A stretch of 64,000 nt of DNA. It comes from Thecamonas trahens ATCC 50062 (lineage: Eukaryota; Protista; Apusomonadida). Position 1 is the first letter of the stretch. Each line of letters opens with the position of its first letter. This document shows, piece by piece, positions 40,567-53,115 of this stretch. Below the pieces are notes generated by a model. The model had not been told where the DNA came from. It searched no databases and was given only the letters and a program-made list of their open reading frames with translations. The stretch is from the NCBI RefSeq assembly GCF_000142905.1, contig NW_013657637.1:202971-266970 (forward strand), written 5' to 3'. The position numbers and the translations under genes are program-made.

Positions 40567-43500
40567 ATGTACGGCCTTTACCCCCCTCCCCTTCCCCCTC
40601 TCCCCCCTACCCACCCTCCTATACCTCCTCCTCCCTCTTCCCCCTAACCCTGTTTTCTCGCCCCTCCGTCTTCTCTGTCCTCGCTCCCTCCCCCCCCTGT
40701 ACATCCCCCCCTCTCTTGTGGCCGCCTCTGTCCAGGCGTTTTCCCAAGAAAGCCAACGTTGGGCCAATCGTCGCTACCTCAATGGCAACTGTTCCCAACA
40801 ACTTGCATGCGTTCCGAACTACCACCTTGACACGCCCTCCCCCACCCCCCACCCCCCCACCCCCCGCCCTCCCCCTCCCTCCCGCTGCCTCCCTCCAACC
40901 CTACCTCCCTTCGACTCTACGTCCTTCCATCCCTCCCCCTGAATACGGAANNNNNNNNNNNNNNNNNNNNNNNNNNNNNNNNNNNNNNNNNNNNNNNNNN
41001 NNNNNNNNNNNNNNNNNNNNNNNNNNNNNNNNNNNNNNNNNNNNNNNNNNCCTCCTCCCCCATAGGCCATCCCCCCCCCCCCCCCCCCCCTTTTGGCCAC
41101 CAGCCACGATCACGGGCTTGGCCACGACCTGTTCCTTTTTTTGGCGAGCCTTTCCCCCCTTCCCTCTCCTTTTTCACCGCTTCATCAGCAAAGCCAGATC
41201 CGCAACGCACACGCAGCAACTCACAGACGTACACACAAACAAACACACACCTGTGCTTGCTTGCTTGGATGTGTTCCCCTTGTGTACATCATCCATTGCA
41301 TCGGCTTGTGGCCATGGCTGGCGCAACGACAACAGGTCGGCCAATCAGGTTGTACTCAAGGTGCGTGTGGCCAAGACCGGGGCGGTCAAGTCGATGCCGT
41401 TCAACCCGAGTATGTCAACAGGCGAGGTCTGCCGCGAGATCCGCGATCGCGTGGGCGAGGGCGGGTCGGATCATGGCCTGTTCAAGGTCGGCGACGACTA
41501 CTCTGTGGGCAAGTGGCTGGAGAACAACAAGACGCTCAACTACTACGAACTCCGGTCCGGCGACCTCGTGGAGTTCAAGAAGAAGCACCGGCCGCTGCGT
41601 GTGCAGACGGTGGATGGCGCAGTGAAGACGGTGCTTGTGGACGACTCGATGATTGTGTCGGACATGGTGGCGATCATTGCGGCGCGGGTGGGCATTGCCA
41701 ACGCTGAGGAGTTTTCTCTCAAGAAGGTCGACTCGGCCGACAACGAGTGGCTCAACCCCGGGCAGACGCTCCGCGACCAGGGCCTGGAGGAGACGGATCC
41801 TGTGCTGCTTAAGCAGCGGTTCCACTACTCTGACCAGAACGTGGACACGTCGAACCCTGTGCAGCTCAACCTGCTGTATGAGCAGTCGCGCGAGGCCATT
41901 CTCACCGGCAAGTACCCGTGCACACAGGCTGAGGCCATCCAGTTTGCCTCGCTCCTCTGCCAGGTCACGCTCCACGACCACAACCCGGCCAAGCACAAGC
42001 CGGGCTCGCTGGATCTCAAGAACTACGTTCCCGGCGAGTATGTCAAGGCCAAGAAGATCGACAAGACCATTCTCTCGGAGCACCGCAAGCTCATCGGCAT
42101 GTCGGAGCTCAACGCCAAGTTCCGGTTTGTCCAGCTCTGCCGCTCGCTCAAGACGTACGGTGTCACCTTTTTCCACGTCCGCGAGCAGGTGAGCCAGGGC
42201 AAGAAGAAGAAGAAGCTTGTGGATCGGCTGCTGGGCATCACCCGCGAGAAGATCATCCGGATGGACGCGCAGACCAAGGAGGTGGTCAAGTCGTACCCGC
42301 TTGCGCACCTTAAGCGGTGGGCGGCGTCGACCAACTCGTTTACCTTTGACTTTGGCGACTACGAGGGCTCCTACTACTCGGTGCAGACCTCCGAGGGCGA
42401 GGCAATGTCGCAGGTCATTTCGGGCTACATTGACATTATTCTCAAGAAGAAGAAGCAGGCCGGCCGGTACGTCGTCGACGACGACGAGGAGCAGACCGTG
42501 GTTGAGGAGGACATTTCTGCCATGAAGGCGCAGGCTATTTCGCGGACGCCGTCGAACATGCAGTACACGTCGGCTGTCAACCTCTCGCGGGCTGGCATGG
42601 TTCAGGGCGGTGCGTCTGGCTACCAGATGTCATCGGCCGGCGCCCAGTATGGGACTGCCCAGACGCCGCAGTCACAGAACGCGGCTGGCGGGTGGAAGGG
42701 CCAGTTTACCCGCGGCTCAGCCGGTGAGCTCGAGTCGTTTACCACCGGCAACGCCGCGGTGCTCAACGCGTCGGGCCTCGGTGGCCTGCTCAAGGACCTC
42801 GAGGGTGCATTTGCCTCGGTCAACGCCGCATGCAACGAGCTCGCCATCCCGGTGACCAAGTCGCCGATGGGCGACTCGGATGACCCGATGGCCCGGCAGT
42901 GGCGCCAGAAGGCCATGCAGGGCACCCGCCAGCAGCTCCGCCAGCACACCGACGGCCTCACCGTGGCCACCGCCCAGGTGGTCGGCTCGGCAGTCTGTGC
43001 CACGCCCGACCAGTTTGACCCGGACACGCTCGCGGCGTCGTGCAAGGCGCTCGGCAACCACATGGCCCAGCTGGCGACGTTGGCCCGGACTGCGGCCTCG
43101 CTCGTCGACGACGCCGAGTCGGGCCAGCTCATGGCGGCCTCGCGCCAGATGGGTGACGCGACCAAGCGACTGGTGGCGGCTGCCAACGGCGCCGCCGGTG
43201 GCCTCTCGCAGTCGATTGTCGACCCGAAGCTCCGCGAAGAGGTCCTCGCCTCGGCCAAGGACATCGGCAAGCTGGTGAACCAGTTGCTCGCGGCGTCGGG
43301 CGCGTCCGAGGTCGACGGCGCCGGACAGACCAAGATGTTTGAGCGGACGGCGGCAGTGGCGCAAGCCGCGACCAAGCTTGTCAACGACGCCAAGCAAGTC
43401 GCCAACGCGCAGTCGACCGACGAAGCGCGCAAGCTTGTCAACGGCGGCGCCAAGCACGCGTGGACCGCAACGTCGCAGCTGGTGGCGTGCGTCAAGGTCC

Positions 43501-46500
43501 TCGCCCCCACGGTGGCATCGGCCAAGTCGAAGCAGCAGCTCGAAAAGTCGGCGGCGCTTGTGCGTTCGGCCGTGGGCGGCATGATCGACAAGGCTGGCGC
43601 GGCCGGCGTCGACGCCCAGGACATGTCCAAGCTCAAGGTGGCGTGCCAGGGTGTGAACCAGGCGCTGCAGCAGCTGCTTGACGCGGCGCGGACCGTTGGC
43701 GACCGCCCGGACTTTACCGCGCAGTACGCCAAGGCCGCGGCAGTCATCTCGGCCGCCTCGCGCAAGCTCGTCAACGCCAACGGCAACCCACAGGAGATCA
43801 TTGCCGGTGCCAAGGCGGTTGGCCAGGGCTCGGCGGTCATGATCAAGTTCGGCAAGGCCGAGGCCGGCCACGAGACCGACCCGGGTGTGCAGAAGGCGCT
43901 CGTCGACGCCACCCGCCGGCTCGCCGACGCCACGTCGGCGCTCATGCGGTCGGCCAAGGCTGCGGCGTCGAACCCGTCCGACGGCGCGGCGCAGGACCAG
44001 CTTGCCAACGACGCTCGCGAGCTGGACATCCAGGCGCAGGACATGCTCGCCAACTCGCAGCAGCGGCTTGCTATGCGCAACCTCGCCGAGGCGACGCAGG
44101 AGGCCATCTCCAAGACCGCTGCGCTCATCCAGGCGTCCAAGCCTGCGGCGTCGGCCAACTCGAACGCGGCCGCCGCCAACGGGCTCATCGACAGCGCGCG
44201 GCAGACGGCTGAGAAGGTGACCGGCCTCGTCAACGCGCTCAAGGCACACCAGGCCTCGCCGGACAACTCGACCATGCAGGGCAAGCTGGTGACGGCGGCC
44301 AAGGTGTCGTGCCCGGCGGTCGCCGGCCTTGTCAACGCTTCCAAGCAGGCCGCGCCGTCGGTGACCGATCCCACGGCGCAGCAGAACCTGGCGTCGTCGG
44401 CCAAGGGCTGCGCCATGGCCATGCAGAAGCTGCTTGGCGCGCTGAAGGAGGCCAAGTCGCTGCAGGGCGGGCTCGAGTTTGACACTGCCATGGAGCAGTG
44501 CAACGCAGCCAAGGAGCAGATGAAGTCGACGGCCCAGCGGGCGTCGGCTGGCACCCTTGTCCCCGAGTTTGGCACCACGCCGCAGAGCTCGTACGAGAAC
44601 TACATGGCCGCCCGCCGTGCGGTCCACAACAACCTCGACCAGCTCCTCAAGTCGTCGCAGGAGAAGGACCAGGAGACGGCGGCCATTGCCGCCAAGGACA
44701 TCGGCTCGGCCATGCGTGGCGTCGGCGCCGCCGTCGAGGGCGTCGCCGCGACGTCGGACGACCCGACGCTCCCGGGCACCGTCACCGACGCCGGGCAGGA
44801 CTTTGCCGACAAGGTCATTACGGCGCTTGCTGCCGCCAAGGCATGCGCCAACGATCCGGAGAACGACGCCAAGGTTGAGCAGCTGCTTCAGGCTGTGGCC
44901 ACGGCCAAGGGCTCGTCCGAGGCCATGACCGCTGCCCTTCCGGGCCAGCGCGAGGTCGAGGCCGCCATGACCGCTGTGCGCGCCCACTGCGACCTTGCGC
45001 AGCTCCCTGCGCTGCAGGCCGGCGAGAGTCAGAAGACGTTCCAGGACTCGTTCCTCAAGGCTGCGCGCGCGCTCGCGCAGGCCTGCCAGGGCCTCTGCCG
45101 CTCGGTCGAGCGCGGGCCGGACGAGCTGGCCCAGGCCGCGAACGGGGTGGAGTCGACGACGGCGCGGGTTGTTGCCGCCGCCGGTGGCATGGCCGCAGCG
45201 ACAGCTGATCCGGAGACCAAGCAGCAGATTGTCGACACTGTCGGCGAGCTCGGCGAGTCGATCCAGGACCTGCTCGAGGCGTCGCGCGGTGCGGCAGCGG
45301 ACCCGAACAACGCCGAGTCCAAGTCTGCGATCAATGACTCGCACCTTGCAGTGACCGACACGCTCAACGAGCTCTCGTCGCTGTTCCAGGCTGCCGGTCC
45401 GGGCCAGAAGGAGTGCGACGAGGCTATGAAGGCCATCAAGAAGGCTGCTGCCCAGATCGAGGCAGCGGTGGTGCCGTCGTCGATGGCCGGCAAGTCGTAC
45501 GGCCAGATCCAGGGCGAGCTCAAGGCTGCGGCCAAGGAGCTTGTGCGCGGGACGGGCCAGCTCATGCAGGCGGCCAAGAAGAACCCAGCGGCCATTCCGA
45601 CGGCTGCGGATACGCTGACGGGCGCGGTGTCGACCATTACTGCCGGGTCGTCGGCGGTGGCGCAGGCTGTGGGCGACGGCGGCAAGGTCACCGTCGAGCG
45701 GTTCACCATTCCGCAGGAGGCGATCAAGGACTCGGTCAACGAGCTCCGCATGGCCAACGGCGAGCCGAAGAAGATCATCGGCGGGTGCACCGGCGTTGCC
45801 AAGTCGACGCAGGCCATCATTGCGGCGTCGAAGCTTGCCTCGCGCCAGGTCGACGACCCGGAGGCGAGCCAGCAGTTTATGGACCTCGCCAAGGCCATTG
45901 CCGGCGCGACAGCGGCGACGGTGGGCGCAGGCAAGGCTGTGGCGCGGTCGAACACGCCCGAGAACAACGCCGAGCTGCTTGCGCAGTCGAACGCGCTTCA
46001 GAACTCGGTGGCACAGGTGGTGGCGCTCGCCGAGGACCACCTCGACCACTCGCAGGTCTCGCCCGAGACCAAGCAGTTGCAGAAGGAGATTCTGGCCAAC
46101 GGCAAGGAGGTTGCCGGCAACACCTCGCAGCTGCTCGGCGCGGCGAAGCTCACGGCCATGTCGCCACAGGATGTGCAGTGCAACCAAGACATGCTCGCGT
46201 GTGCCAAGAGCCTCTCGGACGCCATCTCGGACCTGCTGACGTCGATTGCCGGCGCGGCACCGGGCGCGCAGGAGTGCACCAACGCCATGGACGTGGCGCA
46301 GAACTGCATTTCTGAGCTCGACACGGCGGCCATGTCTGCGTCGGTCGAGGCGCTTGACCGCGAGGAGGGCCAGACGGCCGACGGGTGCTCGGCGGCGCTC
46401 GCGACGACGGCATCGGAGCTCTCGACGGCAGCATCGAAGCTTGCGGCCGCAGCCGCCAGCTCGCCGAACGAGATCGGGCCGGTTGCGTCATCGATTGCCA

Positions 46501-49199
46501 TTTTGCTGCCAGACCTGACGTCGTCGACTGTCGGCCTCGCGGCGTGTACGGCGGATCCTGTCAAGCAGCAGGCGACTCTGGCGCGCGGCAAGGACGTGTC
46601 GGAGGCCATGTACGGCCTGCTGATGACGACCAAGGAAGTCGGTGGTGCCGCTGACGACATGGAGGGCCAGATGCGGATCGAGCAGAGCTCCAAGGACGTG
46701 TCGAACGCGCTTGCGGCGCTCATGGGCGATGTGTCGGGCGAGATGGCGAGCTCGCAGCAGGTCCAGCAGGCGCAGCTTGCGGCCAAGAACGCGAGCTCGG
46801 TGCTCAACGGGCCGTACGACACGTCGAAGGACTACCGCGCGTTCAACCAGGACATTGTGGACCAGGCGAGGACCATTGCCGGTGCCGTGTCGAAGCTCTC
46901 GACGACGGCCAAGATGAACCCGGATGGCGTGGGCGCGGCTGCGGAGAACATGGCGGCGTCGCTGTCGCCGATGATGGCGGCGGTGAACGGCGCGGCGCAG
47001 ACAGCGCCGGACGAGGCGACAAAGAACATGCTCCTCGACACGGCGGAGAACCTCTGCTCCGAGTCTGCGGCGCTACTTGTCCGCGCCGGCGAGCTCTCGA
47101 AGGAGCCGACCTCGTTTACCAAGCAGCAGTCGGTCTCGTCGTCGGCGCGCGAGGTGAACATGAACGTAGCCAAGCTCATTTCGGCGACTAAGGCCAAGTC
47201 GTCGGCGGTCAAGGGCTGCGAGGCTGCCATTGAGAGCATCCAGGCCGCGGTCCACGACATGGACACGGCGGCCATGTTTGCGAGCATGGGCCAGCTGGAG
47301 CGCGAGGACGGCGGGCAGTTCTCCAAGTACCGCACCGAGCTCATGACCGAGTCCAAGGCGCTTGCGCAGGGCTCTGCCGGGCTCATCAACACGGCCAAGA
47401 CGTCGTCGGCCTCGCTGGCGCCGGCTGCCGAGGACGCCGCCGGCAAGGTCAACGCCATTGTCGACGCGGCCAAGCACGCGGCGGCGACGGTGTTTGACCC
47501 GGAGCTGCAGCGGCAGCTCTTTGACTCGTGCCGGTCGGTGTGCAACTCGACGGCGTCGCTCATCGACGCCTCGCGGTCGGTCCACGACGCGCCGAACGAC
47601 CAGGCCCTTGTTTCCACGCTCAACGCGTCGGGTAAGGAGTTTGCCGACAACGTCTCGGCCTTTGTTGCCAAGATCAAGGAGGTCGATGGCGAGAACGCCA
47701 AGGGCGTGACGGCGGCGACGACGGCGCTCGACGCCATCCGGAGCGCGGTGCCCGAGGTGACGTCTGCGTCGCCGCCGACGGTCGAGCCGTCGGTCGAGGC
47801 CATGGTCGACGCGTCCAAGAAGGTTGCTGCCGTCTCGGCGCAGGTGGTCTCGGCCATGCGATCGTCGCCCGAAGCGCTTGCCGTGGCCGCCACAGCGGCA
47901 CAGGACGCGACGCTCGAGCTGCTGGTGCAAGGCAAGGCGGCGTCGACCGACGGCGACGCCGACGCGCAGGAGCCGACGCGGACTGCGGTGGTCAACGCCG
48001 CCAACGCCATTGCCGGCGTGCTCGACGTGGTGGTGGCAGCCGGCGGTAACTCGACGTCGCCTGCGGTGGGCGAGGAGCTCGCGGCGGCGGCGCGCGGCGT
48101 GGCCGACGCGGTGGCCGACGTGGTGGAGAAGGCGCGCGAGCTGCGCGCCGACTTTGTCGACATGAGCGATCCGAACATGGTGGCGGAGAAGTCGCTGCTC
48201 GACGCTGCGGCGTCGATCGAGGCTGCCGCGCAGAAGCTGGCCACGCTTGTTCCACGCCCGCCGGTCAACATGCCGGACATGGACATGGCGTTCGAGGAGT
48301 CGATCCTCGAGGCGGCCAAGGCCATTGCCGCCGCCGTCGCCGCGTTGGTCAAGGCCGCGACCGAGGCGCAGCGCGAGATTGTGGCAAACGGCAAGGCTGC
48401 TGCCGGTGGCAAGGTCTACCACGCCGACGCAGTGTGGCAGGAGGGCCTCGTCTCGGCGGCCCACGCCGTCGCTGCCGCCACCTCGGAAATGTGCCAGGCG
48501 GCCAACGACGCGGCCCAGGGCGAGGGCTCGGAAGTCTCGATCGTGGCGGCGTCAGAGGCCGTCTCGTCGACGACTGCCCACCTTGTCGCCGCCGCGCGCG
48601 CCAAGATGGATCCCAACTCGCGGAACCAGGCCCGGCTCGAGGACGCCTCGCGTGCCGTCCGCCAGGCCACCTCGTCGCTCGCCGAGTCGGCCAAGATGTA
48701 CGGCGACAAGATGGCCGAGATGGAGTCTGCCAACGCCATGATGGCCGTCGACAGCAACTCGTCGGCCGTCGCCCGCATGCGCCAGGAGCGTGAGGCCCGT
48801 GAGCGTGTCCTCCGGCTCGAGCGCGAGCTCGAGGCTGCCCGCCGCGCCGCCACCGAGCAGAACCGCTCGCGCTACACCGAGGGATCAAGCTCGGCTGCGC
48901 CCGCCCCGGCGGCCAAGCCCAAGCCCGCGCTCGCGGCCAAGCCCAAGCCTGCGCCCGCCGCCAAGCCCAAGCCCGCCGCCGCCGCCCCAGCGGCGTCCAG
49001 CGGCGGTGCTGCCGGTACCACCTACTCTCTCGCTGAGCTGCAGAGCGCCACCCTGCCGCCTGGTGTCGACCCGGCGCGCAAGCAGGACTGGCTCTCGGAC
49101 GCCGACTTCCAGACCGCGTTTGGCATGGACCGCGCTGCCTTTGCCGCCCTCCCTGCATGGAAGGCCGAGACGCTCCGGCGCAAGGCCAAGCTCTTTTAA
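40567..49199 (+). CDS. TLN: Talin (FERM F0-F3, helical rod, I/LWEQ) with C-terminal villin headpiece; predicted intron 40569-41335 splits the ATG
   Basis: FKKKHRPLRV, DQNVD...PVQLNLLYEQ, CRSLKTYGVTFF, LKRWAAS...FTFDFGDY, ISGYIDIILKKKK; long Ala-rich rod; ILEAAKAIA...AQREIV...WQEGLVSAA; headpiece LSDADFQTAFGMDRAAFAALPAWK...KLF. Confidence 0.95.
40951..41050. other. Assembly gap (100 N)
   Basis: N run in the predicted first talin intron. Confidence 1.
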
Positions 49200-49543
49200 C
49201 TCTTAACGGTACGGTCGTTCGGACGCGTTGTCGCGCGTCTCAAAGTGAACAACTTCCAGGTCACCGGCCGACGCTGCGCGACGCCTGCCTGGCCTGCGGC
49301 TTGAGGTGGGAGCAGAGGTTGTAGAGGAGGGTAACGTACTCGCCGTCGATAAAGGTCGCCAGGTTTGCTATGTATGGCTGGACGAAGGCGTTGTAGACCA
49401 CAGCGCGCGGGACAAAACCGAGCGAGACGACCTTGGACGTCGAGAGATGGCCGTCGAGCGCCGCCGCGTCGGCGTCAGCAGCAGCCACGTTGCGGGCGCA
49501 CTCGACGGCGGCGCGCGCGAGGTGCGGGACGTCAAACAGGCCA

Positions 49544-52398
49544 CTACACTTGCTGTGGCTTGCGAGAGCGGCGACGGCGACGCGGCGCGACAGAGGCGGA
49601 GGCGGTCGTGCCGGATTGAACCGAGCGGCGGCGGCGGCGCGGCCGGGACGGCTGGCGGGTCGAGGCCGCGGTGTGGTCGTACGAGTCATCGTCGAGGCTG
49701 GACGAGTCGTCGTCGTCGCCTTCGTAGATGTACTCGTCCGAGGAAATGTCGGTCTCGCGCAGATCAGACGAGGAGTGCATATCGGCGGGAAGCTTGGGAC
49801 GGCGAACGCGCTTCTTGAGCATGACCTTTTGCGGAGCAGCGACGGGGAGGATGCCGGTCGGAATGTGGATGGAGGAGCCATCAACGGAGAGGATCGAGGT
49901 GGCAGGCTTAATGACCTCCTCAGAGTACTCGATGTACTCGTACTCGGACTCCTCGCGGGCCTTGCGACGAGCAAGGCAGAGGCCGATGATGATACACAGG
50001 CAGCAGAGGGCGGCGAGGACGGCAAACATCCACAGCGGGAGGATGGTGTCGGTGGTGGGCGGCGGTGGCGGCGGGACGACCGAGCCGGTCTCATCGGGCA
50101 CATACGTAAATTGGACCGCTGACGAGCCCGAGCCGCCCGAGGTTGTGGTGACGACGACGTCGTAGGCGCCGGCCGAGCCCTCGCCGAGCGTGCAGTTGAG
50201 GGCGGAGACCGGCGAGCCGAGGACCGAGGTGACGCGGCACTCTGCCGAGCCGACGCGGACGACAAGGATATCGGCGAGCGAGGTGCCAAGCGAGGTACCC
50301 TCGACAAGGAGCTGGGTGCCCGGCGGACCCGACGAGGGAGTGACGCTGGTGACGGCCGGCGGAGCGACGACACGGTAGGATATGGTCGACGCGGCGGTGC
50401 CGCCGTTGCGGGTGGTGACCGTCACCGCAAACACGCCGGTGGTGGCAAATGCGCCTGTGGTGCAAGTGACCTCGGTCGATGACTGCGCGGTGACAGTGCA
50501 GGCGACCGAGGCGATGGTGACCGAGACGGTGGGATTGTCGACAATGTCAGCTGGCGCGGCGCCCGGCAGCGAGGCGATGGACACGCCCGAGCCGCCGAGC
50601 CAGGTCCCGGTGAGCGTGAGCGAGTCGCCGCCTGCCTGGGGGCCCGAGGTCTTGGAGAGTGAGGTGACGGCCGGTGGCGGGAGGGCGACTAGGTGCGCGC
50701 CGTTTGCGGCTGACGCGCCACCCGACGCTGAGGTGACAATGACCGCGTGCTTGGCAGCGGTGAGGACCGGGACAGCGCAGGTGATTGAAGTCGCCGAGTG
50801 GAAGGTGACCGAGGTACACGCCACGCCGCCAACGGTGATCGAAACAAGGTCGGCGGCGTTGAGGGCCAGGAAGTCGAGCCCGGCGCGGGCGGTGACGTTG
50901 ACGGTTGGTGTGGTGCCGGCGGTGACAACCGCATCGAGGTCGGACGGGTCGACGACGGCAAAGATGGCCGGCTGAGGAACTGCCTCAAAGGTGACCAAGC
51001 CCGAGACGGGCGGGAGACCGGCACTTGCGGAGAGCGCGACAACGTATGCGTCGGCAGTGAAGATGGTGGATGGAATCGGGCCGGTGACGGTGCAGGTTGC
51101 CGAGGTGACCGGCGTGCCGATGGCGGATGCGATCGGGCACGGGTACGCCACCTTTGTGCGGTGTGGACGAGCTTGAACTCGGCCATGTCACCGGCGGCGG
51201 CGGCGAGTGAGCCAGTGATGGTGAGGACGTGCCCGCCGGTGGCGAGCGTGGCCTCGGGCGCAACGGTGGCGATGCGAGGGCCGACGTCGTAGCTAAAAAC
51301 GACCGATGAGCTTGGCGAGCCGCCGTAGATGACGGCTTTGGCGCCGGCAGCATCGATGCCCAGCAGCGAAAGTTCCTGCGGCGGCGGGAGTGAGCCGCCG
51401 GCAGGCGTCACCGAGTACCAGGTCGGGGTGCCGGAGGCGTCGTCGATGTGCAGAGAGTGGAGCTCGTCGACAAGGGTGTTGCCCGAGTTTCCGGCAAAGA
51501 CCAGCATGATGCGCTTGCCCAGCGCCGAGAGACCGCCGAGCGGGGCGACCATCATCGACCGCTTGGCCGATGGTGGGGTGCCGGCAGTGGTGAGGGCAGA
51601 CCAGGTCCAGGTGGCAACGTCGAGCACGTTGGTGGTGGCCACGTCGCCGGTGGTGAACTTTTGGTAGTGGCCGCCAAAGACAGCGAGTGAGGAGCCCCAC
51701 GAGACAACGCCGGCGTTGTCTCTGCAGTCCGGGCGGTTGGGCTCGGTGCCTGTAGTGGGCACCAGAGCCCAGCTGCCGTCCTCGGCGTTGTACGCGCTGC
51801 CGATGGTGTACACGTCGAGGCTCGACAACTCTGCATCAAAGATGACGACCAGCTTTGTCGTCCCGCCGTCGTCGATGGCGACCATGGCGTGATCGGCGAC
51901 CGGCGCGCCGCGCGAGGGAATGGCCGACCAGGCCGATGCGGCAAACTGGTACCACGAGGAAGCCGAGACGGAGAAGGCCCAAAAATCATCGAGTGTGGCA
52001 GCCGACTCGCCACGGCCACCCAGAAGATAGAGCACCACATCCGAGCCAATGTTGACAGCAGCAAGAGCACACGCCTGTCGAGGCACCGGAGAGGCGGCCG
52101 TGGCCAGAGTGTGGTTCGTCCATACGCCCGTGCTAATTTCCAGCGATAAAACATCCGAGGCAAAAGGCGGCGCAACCGAACCGGTCAGCGATCCTCCCAC
52201 CATGTACATGACGCCATTGAGTGTGGCTGAGCATCCGCCAAGTCGTCCTGTCGCCGGAGGACTTCCTCCCATGGTTGCCAGCGGTGTCGATGTAAAGACG
52301 CCAGCTGTTCTTTGGCCGACACACAATGTTGCTCCCAAGCTCATCACGACCAAGACCACCATGACTCCCGTTGTCATCCTCGCCGGCATCGTAGGCAT
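49544..52398 (-). CDS. Type I membrane protein: signal peptide, Kelch beta-propeller, about four IPT/TIG domains, TM, acidic tail; 1-bp frameshift near 51158
   Basis: Kelch motifs MYMVGG, LYLLGG and LAVFGG...W. IPT motifs PAVTSLSKTSGPQAGGDSLTLTG and PAVTSVTPSSGPPGTQLLVEG. TM LWMFAVLAALCCLCIIIGLCL. The two ORFs join if one base is restored. Confidence 0.8.
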
Positions 52399-52573
52399 GG
52401 TAGCGGGGAGTAGGGGGGGGAGAGGGGACGGGGGGAGGGTGGCGTGGGCGTGGGGGGGGAGGAGAGGGCGGTGACGACGGGTGGCGTGGAGAACGGAGTA
52501 CGGGGGAACAGCGGAAGTAACAAGGAAGGGGGCGGGACAGATGCAAGCGTTTGTGGCGGGTGGGGGGTGGTAT

Positions 52574-53115
52574 NNNNNNNNNNNNNNNNNNNNNNNNNNN
52601 NNNNNNNNNNNNNNNNNNNNNNNNNNNNNNNNNNNNNNNNNNNNNNNNNNNNNNNNNNNNNNNNNNNNNNNNNNNNNNNNNNNNNNNNNNNNNNNNNNNN
52701 NNNNNNNNNNNNNNNNNNNNNNNNNNNNNNNNNNNNNNNNNNNNNNNNNNNNNNNNNNNNNNNNNNNNNNNNNNNNNNNNNNNNNNNNNNNNNNNNNNNN
52801 NNNNNNNNNNNNNNNNNNNNNNNNNNNNNNNNNNNNNNNNNNNNNNNNNNNNNNNNNNNNNNNNNNNNNNNNNNNNNNNNNNNNNNNNNNNNNNNNNNNN
52901 NNNNNNNNNNNNNNNNNNNNNNNNNNNNNNNNNNNNNNNNNNNNNNNNNNNNNNNNNNNNNNNNNNNNNNNNNNNNNNNNNNNNNNNNNNNNNNNNNNNN
53001 NNNNNNNNNNNNNNNNNNNNNNNNNNNNNNNNNNNNNNNNNNNNNNNNNNNNNNNNNNNNNNNNNNNNNNNNNNNNNNNNNNNNNNNNNNNNNNNNNNNN
53101 NNNNNNNNNNNNNNN
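52574..53115. other. Assembly gap (N)
   Basis: N run between divergent genes. Confidence 1.

Noticed and set aside
42620-48464. Long antisense ORFs (652, 1156, 526 and 463 aa) over talin, and similar ones over Sin3 and other genes
   Set aside because: Shadow ORFs expected from GC-rich codon bias; no recognisable domains.
2037-49199. An adhesome gene cluster (LIM-gelsolin, LIM-RhoGEF, talin)
   Set aside because: Spread over 47 kb among unrelated genes; such domains are common in this kind of genome, so clustering cannot be claimed without statistics.
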